A stretch of DNA of 24,074 nt, from positions 392,050 through 416,123 of the forward strand of contig JAWQFM010000031.1 of assembly GCA_033442325.1 (NCBI GenBank). The letters run 5' to 3'. This stretch comes from Salpingoeca rosetta. Its lineage: Eukaryota > Protista > Choanoflagellata. The notes under the pieces were generated by a model. That model was given only the letters and a program-made list of their open reading frames with translations, was not told the DNA's origin and did no database searches. Positions 12,150 to 24,074 of this stretch are shown piece by piece. The translations under genes and the position numbers were made by a program. Within the stretch, counting starts at the first letter, position 1. Each line of letters opens with the position of its first letter.

Positions 12150-13422
12150 GCACTGACTTGTTTGCTGTGCTTGTATATGTGTGGCTGGTCTGCGAGTCGG
12201 TGCTGTGTTGCTTGTCGTGGAGTGAATGAATGGCTGATGGATGCAATGTGTCGGTGCGGAAAGCAGCGGTGGGGGAGGGGGAGGGTTGGCTCTTGCTTCG
12301 TCGTTGTGGTCGGTTGGTTGTGGTGGTTGGTTGCTTCGATCGTCTCAGTCACTCTTGTGTGGTGGCTGCAAGAGAATGCGGTGGGTGGTCTGCACCTGAG
12401 AACCTGACTTGCTCGCTTGGTGACTTGGTTATCTGACTGCGTCGTGATGTGAATGGCTTCACGCAAGGAGAGCGTGGGACACGCACGCACCAACAGGAAA
12501 CGCTGGTATGTCTGTTCGTGTTCGTATGCGTGTGCGCGCGTGTGAATGCGAGTGTGAGTGTGAGTGAGTGTGTGAGTGAGTGGAAAGGGGGTTGCGATGT
12601 ATGAAAGGGGGAAGGCTGGAAGGTGATGCTTTTGGGAGAGAACACGGTATGGTATGGGTTGGTGTGTGTGTGGTGCATTTGCGTATGGGGTGCTTGTGCT
12701 TGTGTTTGCGCACACCACACATACCAACTCACGGACAACCACAACAAACCCAACCAAACGCCCATCGCCACTGCAAAACGCAATCGAACCTGACGTGCGC
12801 GGGGTAGGACTGTTCGTTGTTGCGCGAACCACAAAAAAAAGAAAAAAAAAGAAAAGCGATCCTTTCACACAACAGCACATGATGTCGTCGCACAATGTGC
12901 TTGGTGGCAAATTTGCGTTTGCCATTCCTGACCACTTGCTCACGGGCCGCAAGGAAGTGATTTTGCCACACGAAACAGGGCGAGGCGCGTGCCCTGCTGC
13001 TCCAGAAAAACCAGGAGCGAAGGGCGCACGTTGCGTTGCTCCTCCAACAACAACAAAGCACAAAGGAAGAGCACGTCGCACTCAGCACCAGGCACAACAA
13101 CAGGCACAAGCAGCAGTGCAGCAGGTGCCATCCCCACCCCACCCCCGTGTTGTTCTCGCACCACCCACTCCCACTCCACTCTCTCACCACCACCAAACGC
13201 TGTTGTCGTAGCCACGCGGCCTCTACCACCTCCACCTGTCCTCCAGAGCCAGAGCCAGAGCTCTTGCATTCAGCGCATACCAGCGAGGTCGCGGATACGC
13301 ACCAGAAACTGCAGCGGCGAGATCACATCACACGAGCAGTGAGCGTGCATCGCATTCACTTACGCGGTTGAGGACAGGGAAGGCATCAAAGGTTTACATC
13401 ACCCACCATAGAAAGCATCAGC
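12150..13422. promoter_or_regulatory. Divergent intergenic/5' UTR region between the cyclase (-) and PAP2 (+) genes; probable promoter(s)
   Basis: Head-to-head gene orientation and an A-tract at ~12833-12855. No specific element identified. Confidence 0.35.
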
Positions 13423-14082
13423 ATGGCACGCCAGAGTGTGACATCGCAGCTGTCGCAGTTGGAAGAGGAGACACAGGCGGTGGGATCCAAACCACAGATG
13501 ACGGCACAGCTTGTGCAAGGGAGTGTACAAAGGTGTGCGCCATCCCTGCCCGCGTCCGGCCTCAAGTACTGGCGCGACATTTCGTGGCCCAGCTTCTTCA
13601 CTGCCCTCGCCTTGCTTGTCATCTCCAGAATAAAGGCCCACGCGAACACAGACTGGTGAGTGCGTGTGTGTGTTTGGGGGCGGGGGGGCGGGTGTGCTTC
13701 GACATGTGTGTGTGCTTCGATGCGTGTGTGTGTGTGCCATGCTCAACAAGAACCGTCGTTGCATGCTGTCTCACACCTGTTGTGTCACACCATGAATCAG
13801 GACTGTGAATGAGTTCAACCATGTCTTGTACCGCTATCCCATGGTGGAGAAGGAGATTGTTCCGACATGGGCGTTTCTCCTGTGGATCTTCGCCATGGCC
13901 TTTGTTGTCCTTGGCCTGGAGATCTGGCTCGTGCGGTGAGTATCACATGCATCCATGTGTGTGTAGAGAAAAAGGGGAGCTTTTGTTGAAGGGTGGAGTG
14001 TGTTGCTGCATGTGCAACGTACGATACAATCTGCGGTGTGTGCTGACCTTGTGAGTTGCCGCCGCTCCTGTTTCCGAACCAA

Positions 14083-14129
<47 letters not shown>

Positions 14130-14332
14130 CAGGTCGGTGACGCTGAAGACGCGGGTGATTATGGGGTTCAACGTGGGCCTGGGCATGTTGGAGGGCTTCT
14201 TCTACACTGTTGCCTTTACTGAGTTTACCAAGATCTGGATTGGCGAGCCGAGGTACGGTTGGGTTAGGGGAGGGAGGGCGGGGTGGGGAGAGATGGAGAG
14301 AGATGGAGAGAGGGAGGGAGTTGTGAAATTCG

Positions 14333-14366
<34 letters not shown>

Positions 14367-14664
14367 CCGTGCGGCGCACCTTCATCTTGTTGACTGTATC
14401 ATTCTCTCACACACCGTGTCCACTGTATCATTCGCTCTCTCTCGCGCGTACGCGCCATCATTCCAGGCCCGACTTTGTTGCGCGGTGCCTGGGGTCGCAC
14501 GATGCAGTCGCGTCATTTGACGCCGACGGCGTGATTGTGTGCACGCAGCAGGTTGGCTCAAACGCGCGCGAGTCATTTCCCTCTGGCCATTCCAGCACCA
14601 CCTTCTCCTGCGGCGTCTTCCTCACCGCTTACTTCATCTGGACTGCATACTTCCGCCGCGTGGT

Positions 14665-14728
<64 letters not shown>

Positions 14729-15089
14729 GTGTGCGTGTGCGTGTGTGTGTCTGTCTGTGTGTGTTCCACAAACTTCATCTGTGTTGATCTGGCCCCCATC
14801 TTCCGCGCCATCCTCTAGCCCTCACCTTGTTCTCCTTTTCCAATCCTCTCGTCCATCCCCCTCCCCCCACCCCCATTTTCTTTATTTCGTGTTGTTTCAG
14901 AACCTGCCGTGGCGCGACGCTGCGCGGCGGTGGTACAGTCGCTTTGGCCTCATGGTCGCCGACATTGGCTATCTCGCCTGCTTCTGGCCCATCGTCTTTG
15001 CAGCCTTTGTTGCTGCAAGGTGCGTTGCTGTGTTTGTGTGTGTGCGTGTGTTGTGTTGTGTTGTGTTTTGTGTGTTGTGTTTTGTGTGT

Positions 15090-15127
<38 letters not shown>

Positions 15128-15131
15128 GTGT

Positions 15132-15162
<31 letters not shown>

Positions 15163-15583
15163 ACGTGTTTGGTTGCTGTGAAGTGTTACCACCGTTTCCC
15201 CGTGAATCACCGAAACGCTCTCCCAATGTCACGTCTTCCAACGAAACGCCTCCACCTAACCCTCAACACCCCCCTCCCCTCCCCGCCATCACAACAACAA
15301 CGACAGCCGAGTGTCTGATCACCGTCACTCGCCGGCGGATGTCGTGTCTGGCGCGCTGCTGGGCACGCTCTTTGGCGCCATTCTCTTTGCCCGCCTCCTC
15401 TCGCGGGACTACGCCGCGGCTGCAACAGCGCAGCCATCAGTACACCCCGCAGCACACACGGCAGCCACGCCCCTCTTGTCGTCGTCGTCATCGGCGCCGA
15501 ACGCAAACGCGAGTGCGGATGTGTTTGCGCAATCGGCGGGGCCGCTCGAAGATCAGGACGACACCGACAACGACGATAACTGA
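13423..15583 (+). CDS. PAP2-family lipid phosphate phosphatase (PLPP/DPP1-like), ~359 aa, 6 exons
   Basis: Exons 13423-13655, 13801-13935, 14133-14252, 14467-14662, 14901-15019, 15307-15583. All three PAP2 motifs are intact: C1 KIWIGEPRP (Kx6RP), C2 SFPSGH, C3 SRVSDHRHSPADV (SRx5Hx3D). Also YRYP..E.VP.W and several TM segments. Start ATG assumed. Confidence 0.92.
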
Positions 15584-16023
15584 TGTGCGTGTGTGTGTGC
15601 CAAGTGCAGTACAGGCTGCAAACACGATGATGTACACGTGGTGATGGAGAGGGTTGTCCGGTTGTCTCTTTCGCGTGTCGCCGCCGTTTGCTTGACCGTT
15701 TTTGCCTTTGTTGTTTTTGTTGTTGTGTGAAAGTCCTCGCTTAATTAGCTCGCTTACATGTGTGTGTGTTTGAGAAAGAGAATGTCGTGCCGCCTTGTTC
15801 CGCTGTTGGTTGTGTGTTGTTTTATTTTCTGCCGCGTACCATACCTAGGTTGCCCCCCCCCACCTTGTTCCCCTTTGCTCGTTTCTGTGTTCTGTGTTCG
15901 GTTTTGTTGTTTTGCTTACGACCTCAATGATGCTACTGCTACCAATGACGATGACGACGGTGCTGTTGGTGATGGCTGTTGATGATGATGGTGCATTGCA
16001 TCCCCACCCCCTTTGTTGTGTCG

Positions 16024-16064
<41 letters not shown>

Positions 16065-17193
16065 GTTCTTCACGCGTGTCCCATATGACGTTTCCTGTCA
16101 GGAGCTGTGCCTTTACAACGTTACAACTGCAAGTACACAGTCCCACAATGCAACCGAGCAAGCAAGGGGTTGGTTTGACTGTGATGTGATGTTGTGACCC
16201 GACACATTCACATTCAAATCATGGTGGGAGGCGGGTGAGTGGCAGGTGCGCTTCTGTCTGTTTGCTGTTGTTTGTTGTGTCATTTCAGCCATTTCCTGTC
16301 GAAATTCAAATTTCCCGGCAGCAGAATTTTGGCGCATTGGTCCTTCCACACCCAGCAAGAAGCAAGCAAGCAACAACGGCAACAGCAACGATGCACGAAC
16401 CAAGGCAGGCGCGCAGGCAGCGAGCAACCATGTGCCATGAGACACACATGCACATGCACACAGAGCAAGCACGCGCGCAACACACACACACACACACACA
16501 CACACAACACACACGACACAACACACAACACACACACACACACATGCACACATTCACAACTGGACGGCAGCAATGGCTTCGCTGAGACAGAGAGAAAGGG
16601 GTGCATGACACGATGACGGGACGCATTCACGTCACGCCGCACTCATCCCGAGCCTGAGAACGCCGTGAATAGCAATGGGTGTTCGTGCCTGCGCACTCAG
16701 GGTTTTGACACAGAGGGGAAGGAAAGCCACGGCATAATGGGGGCTGCTCCTGCGAGCGTGTGAGCGCACGCGGCCACAATGCACCTCGGGCGGGCGATGT
16801 ATGTGGCGCTGATGGCGAGCGAGTGTTCATTTTCATCATCGCCATCTCTTCGAGCCAGCACAAGCACAGGACGCACAAGACTCGCACAAGACGCTCACAA
16901 GACGCCCCAAGGACATTGATCGACGATAGCGACACAAGGATAAGGAGCAGAAGAACAGGAAGCTGAAGCAGAAGGACAAATAAGGAGGAACAGAAGGAGA
17001 AGGAGAAGCAGCATTGCGATTGAGACCAGGACCCAGCCCTGCTTTGGATATCACAGCTTCACTAGCTTCGGCAACACCAGCTTCACTCTCGCACACTCTC
17101 CAACGCACTCTTCGACGCATCGAGGCTTTTACACACCCTCTCGCATCAACCAAACACACTAGCACCTACGCTTCGATACACGCCATCGGCACG

Positions 17194-19313
<2,120 letters not shown>

Positions 19314-19740
19314 GCCACGGCGGTGGCCTGACGTGTGATGATGGCGATGATGTGAAAGGAAAAGGAGAATGTGGATGATGCGTGGATGATGCGTGGATGA
19401 CGCGTGAAGGACGTGTACTTACATTATAACTGTGCCCCTCTGGTGGTTTTGTGTCTTGCTGTGACCCCATATGTGTACATTTCTCTCTGTGCATTGTGCT
19501 TGTGTGTTCAAAGACATGCTTTGGTTCTTCTTCACTTGTGCAAACAAATAAAGGGAAGGGAACGACTCGAGATGCAAAGACAAGCAAGAAGAGGAGAAGA
19601 GCATGTGTGGTCGTGTGTGTGTGTGTGTGTTGCAGCGGCAGGGACAAACAAAGAGAGTCAGGAGAACAAACGGCAGTTGGATGTTCCTTCCACTCACAGC
19701 CGGCGCATTTCCACACGCACGCAAAACACGCCACCACAAC

Positions 19741-22604
19741 ATGCTGTCGGGAACGGCCCTCGTTGCCGGAAGGCGATGCATGGCGACGGCAGCTCGCCAC
19801 CGCAGGTTGTTGTGGCTGTCGTCTTCCTCGCTCACTGGCACCCAGCACCGACACCAGCAGCAACAGCTGTCATCCTGCCGCCTCCCAGGTGTGTGTGTGT
19901 GATGACCTTTTGTTTGCGTGTCACAATCATGGATCAACCCCTTCCTTCCATCACACTCATCACGCATCAACCTCATCCACACTCCCCCCACTGATGCGTA
20001 CCGTTCACAGCACACCCGCCAAGTGATGAGTTGCGAAGGCGCCACGAGGCGGTGGCTCACAACGTGCCCCCACAAAGCATCGTCATCGTCCCTTCAGCAC
20101 CCACAGTTCTGATGACCAACGACATCCCATACAGATTCAGACAGGTGTGTGTGTATGTGTGTGAGTGTTTGTGTTTGCGTACATATGCGCAAGTGTGCGT
20201 GTGTGTGAGTGTGAAGATGAGAGCTACATTCAATTTGTGCGCATGCTCGTGCACGGTGCTTGACATGAGGCAATTCGACCACAGGCGCTCACAGCCGCAC
20301 TCGCTGACCCCACTCCTACCCAACAGAACAGCAACTTCTTTTATTTGACGGGGCTTGCACGCGAGACACCTGCGGCGTTCATCCTCATCACAAGCGAAGC
20401 ACAGCAGATTGAGCGCACCATCCTCGTCACCAAGCAGCAGGTGCTGTGAACAGACACCACTGCTGCTGCTGCTGCTGCTGCTGCTGCTTCGACTGGGCAC
20501 GCGCAAGGGCGAGGATGGGATGTACACAGGACATGTACACAGTGTTGCCGCCACCTTTGCGTTTGCCACTCCTTTCTTTGACTGACACCAGTGTCCATTC
20601 ATTTCTACCCTTCCTTTCTTTGTCTTTCGCTCCACGTTTGCAGTCTGCGTCGGACCGGCTGTGGAACGGAGCGCGCATGACTGCCGAGGAAGCGGCCAGC
20701 AGATGTGGGCCAGCCGTAGAACCAGCATACGCCGGTTGGTGTGTGTGTGTGTGTGTGTATGTGTGTGTGTTCGTGTGTGTGTGTGTGTGAACCTGTGCGT
20801 ATGTATACATCAGCGCGTGTGCGTCCGATTGCATACACGTGTATGCAAGTCACGGTTTCCTCGCAGCCCATTCTTGCGTCTACAATCTCACCCCTCTTGT
20901 CGCACACACAAAACACACGCGCACACACAAAACACACACGCACGCGCGCGCACCACATGTGACAGACCAGCTGGAGCATGTGCTGGGGAGCCGGTATGCG
21001 CGGCAGTACACGCCAGTGGTGTCGTCGACGCAGCAGCACGACGGCTCGTTCCTGACGTCCATCTTGAAGCACGTGCCCTCTGACAAGACGCTGCCCGCTT
21101 CTCGCCCCATCGACCGTGCGCGGCTGCTCAAGTCTGCGCATGAGGTTGAGATGATGCAGGCGTCGGCGTCCATTGCGTCACAGGGGTTCCGCGTGACGAT
21201 GGGCACGGCGCACGTGGGCCAGAACGAGCACGCCATTGACGCGCATTTGGAGAACGCGTTCCGCCAGCAGGGCGCCTCCATGCACGCCTATCCGCCCGTC
21301 GTAGCTGGCGGCTCCAACGCCCTCACGCTGCACTACGTGGAGAACAGCATGCCCGTGGGCACAGACGACCACGACTTGGTGCTGGTGGACGCCGGGTGCG
21401 AATATGGGCTGTACTGCAGCGACATTACGCGGTGCTGGCCAGTTGGCGGTCGCTTCTCCGCTGCGCAGGCCGACGTGTATAACGCCGTGCTCCGCGTGCA
21501 GCTCAAGTGCCTCGATGCCCTCGACACCCGCACCGTCACCAGCTTACAGGACCTGCACCACGTGGGTGTTGTTGTGTGCTTGTTGTGTGTGTTGGGGAGG
21601 GGGGTGGAGGGGAGGTTGTGTGTGTGTTGGGGGGATGGGGGGTGGAGGGGAGGGGAGGTTGTGTGTTGGCGTGTATGTGTGTGTGTGTGTGGTTGTATGT
21701 GGTTGCGTGATTGTGTGTGTGCGGCGCTTCAAAAGTGTTTGTAACTGACTCGCTTTTTGTAACTGACTCTCTTTCACACACACACACACACATTCACACA
21801 CACACACACATTCACGCACGCAGAACGTGTTTATGCCTGCGCTTGAGGTGGAGGCGCTGCAGCTTGGCCTGCTGTCGCATGCAAGCCCCAAGGCGGCACG
21901 CGCCACCATCCTACGTGATCTGTGCCCGCACGCCATCGGCCACTACATTGGTTTGGATGTGCACGACACGCGCACGGTGCCGATGGCGCAGAGCTTTGAG
22001 GACGGCATGGTGGTGACGGTGGAGCCGGGCATGTACGTGCCGCAGGACGCCAGGTTCCCAGAGAGGTGAGCAACAACGTGGGGGAGGTTGTAATGGTGGA
22101 GGTGGAGGAGAGGGTGGGCTTTGTAACGGGTGAGGATGGATGGGGTGGATGGGATTGACTTTAAACAGATTTCCTTGCACGTACGAGTGTATTTGTGTGT
22201 GTATCGCACCAACATGTCAACGTCAACTCAATTCAACCCCCTTCCACCCCCCCCCCCCCCCCCCTGCTGTTGGCGCCGGCGGACGACGCTCGTGCGAGGG
22301 CCCATTCACTCTCCATCCGTATCTCTGCCAATCCTAAACGTGCAAGACTGAACGTTCCAGCACTCATGAAATTCATTAATGCTTTGGAATGCTAACAATC
22401 ATATAAGAATTGAGGTAATATCGTCGACCCCCCCACCACACACACCACAGGTACCGCGGCATTGGGGTGCGCATTGAGGACGATGTTGCGTTGGTGAATG
22501 GCCGTTCCACTGTTCTTTCTCGCCACTGCCCCAAGACCATCACAGACGTGGAAGCAGCATTGAACTCACCGAGCACAGCGAGCACAACGAGCACAACAAG
22601 CTGA
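19741..22604 (+). CDS. XPNPEP3: Xaa-Pro aminopeptidase (M24B), mitochondrial XPNPEP3/ICP55-like, ~492 aa, 7 exons
   Basis: Exons 19741-19888, 20011-20144, 20327-20440, 20644-20734, 20966-21561, 21824-22065, 22451-22604. Arg/Ser-rich, acid-free N-terminus (presequence-like). Motifs DIPYRFRQNSNFFYLTG, LWNGAR, AYPPVVAGG.NALTLHY. Metal ligands in LVLVDAG, YCSDITR, HYIGLDVHD, TVEPG, RIEDD. Confidence 0.92.
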
Positions 22605-23001
22605 CGGGGCTCGTCATGTGGTGTCGTGTCCTGCGCTTGTATACAACTCGTGGCAATTAAACGCAGCGTTTGGCTTGTGAATGCGCATCAAAACTGCGCT
22701 ATCGTCTATATCCACCAAATTGCTGATGCAGATTTGTTTTTGTTTGTGTTTCGCGACGGCTTGGCGCAACAACCATCAGTGGTGATGAGATGAAGCAAGC
22801 AAGAAGCATGCATGTGTGTGTGTGTGTGTGTGTGTGGCCGCTGTGGCTGCTAGCTGGCGGTCTTGCAACACATTGCGCACCCTGTTGTTGGTGCGACCGC
22901 ACATGCACGGACGATCGAATGTTGCTTCATTTTTCATCCAGCCCAGTGCAGCGCAGTAGGAGAGCAGAACAATACAACGAACGACAGACAACGTTGCAGC
23001 C

Positions 23002-23415
23002 ATGGCTGATACCACAGAGAAGGATGCCCAGCAAACAGGTGTGTGTATGTGTGTGTGTGTGTGTGTGTTGGATACGGTTGCTGCCACGCGTTGCACCTGT
23101 GCAGCGGTTGTTCACGGAATGATGGCCGCGTGTGGCTTGGTACGCAGGCACGTACACGGTCAAGGCGGGCTTGGCGCAGATGCTGAAGGGCGGCGTCATC
23201 ATGGACGTTGTCAACGCCAAGCAGGCCCAAGTGGCAGAGGTGCGTGTGTGTTTGGGGGGGGGGGGGAGATGCTGTGTGTGGTTTGCGAGCGAGGGTGCTT
23301 GAGCGTACCGCTTACTCTGACACTCTGCTGTTCCTTTGCATGGTCTGCAGAAGAGCGGCGCATGCGCCATCATGGCGCTTGAGCGTGTTCCCGCCGACAT
23401 TCGCGCTGAAGGTGT

Positions 23416-23454
<39 letters not shown>

Positions 23455-23680
23455 GTTGTGTGTGTGCGAGGTAAGCATGCGATTCGTGTGAGCCTCAAGC
23501 ATCGCCAGTACTCTCACGCGCCCTCTCATGAAATGCCACTCACCTCCACATGCCACAGGCGGTGTGGCGCGCATGTCTGACCCGAAGTTGATCAAGGAAA
23601 TCAAGGCAGCCGTCACCATCCCCGTCATGGCCAAGGCCCGCATCGGTCACTTTGTCGAGGCGCAGGTTGTGCACATGTTC

Positions 23681-23733
<53 letters not shown>

Positions 23734-23989
23734 TCTGTTTGTGCGTGTGTGTATGTTCTGTTTGTGTATGTTCTGTGTGTGTGTGTGTGTCTGTCTGTCT
23801 GTGCACATGTATGCATGCATGCAAACACCGAACTACACAACAAACGTGTTGACACCCGTTCCTTGTCTTGATAATATGGCTTGGTTCTCACTGACCTCTT
23901 TGCATTGCCTGCACGCTGCGTTGTCCAGATTCTTCAGTCGCTGGACTGTGACTTTATCGACGAGAGCGAAGTGCTCACACCCGCAGACG
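23002..23989 (+). CDS. PDX1: Pyridoxal 5'-phosphate synthase subunit Pdx1 (SNZ/PdxS), 5' part; continues beyond the window
   Basis: Exons 23002-23038, 23148-23239, 23351-23411, 23559-23665, 23929-23989 give [15 protein letters not shown]...[22 protein letters not shown]...[35 protein letters not shown]. These are the highly conserved Pdx1 signatures, including the catalytic Lys in MAKARIGH. Confidence 0.97.
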
Positions 23990-23993
23990 GTCG

Positions 23994-24024
<31 letters not shown>

Positions 24025-24030
24025 CGTGTA

Positions 24031-24074
<44 letters not shown>

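Noticed and set aside
12146-13081. 311-aa - strand ORF upstream of the cyclase
   Set aside because: Runs through T-tracts and microsatellite-like sequence with no family motifs; cannot be supported as a gene, although part may be 5' exon.
15900-17150. Possible small gene between PAP2 and the mucin-like gene (e.g. AG at ~16101 followed by ELCLYNVTT...)
   Set aside because: No consistent exon chain or recognisable product; more likely UTR or intergenic.
17014-17193. In-frame upstream extension of the mucin-like ORF
   Set aside because: Starts at a non-ATG codon; ATG 17194 is directly followed by a clear signal peptide.

Overview
Eukaryotic, intron-rich, GC-rich genomic DNA saturated with (CA)n/(GT)n microsatellites. 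The style and gene content suggest a choanoflagellate such as Salpingoeca rosetta (inference, not verified). I reconstructed six genes by hand from GT-AG junctions with consistent phase: (1) 3' end of an Aa_trans/SLC36-like amino acid transporter (+); (2) a very large soluble adenylyl cyclase-like gene (ADCY10/sAC type, -) with two class III cyclase domains, a STAND-like region interrupted by an assembly gap, and a ~1100-aa disordered tail; (3) a PAP2 lipid phosphate phosphatase (+); (4) an unrecognised type I membrane mucin/proteoglycan-like protein with three 10-Cys repeats (+); (5) a mitochondrial Xaa-Pro aminopeptidase, XPNPEP3/ICP55-like (+); (6) the 5' part of PDX1 (+). Main observations: a strand-aware intron polarity, with GU-rich/(GU)n near donors and CA-rich/(CA)n near acceptors, often replacing a polypyrimidine tract; DGSGSG glycosaminoglycan-type attachment motifs plus an exon-duplicated Cys-rich domain in gene 4; several unusual sAC features; and a compositionally foreign segment beside the gap. 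Most ORFs in the six-frame track are microsatellite or antisense artefacts.
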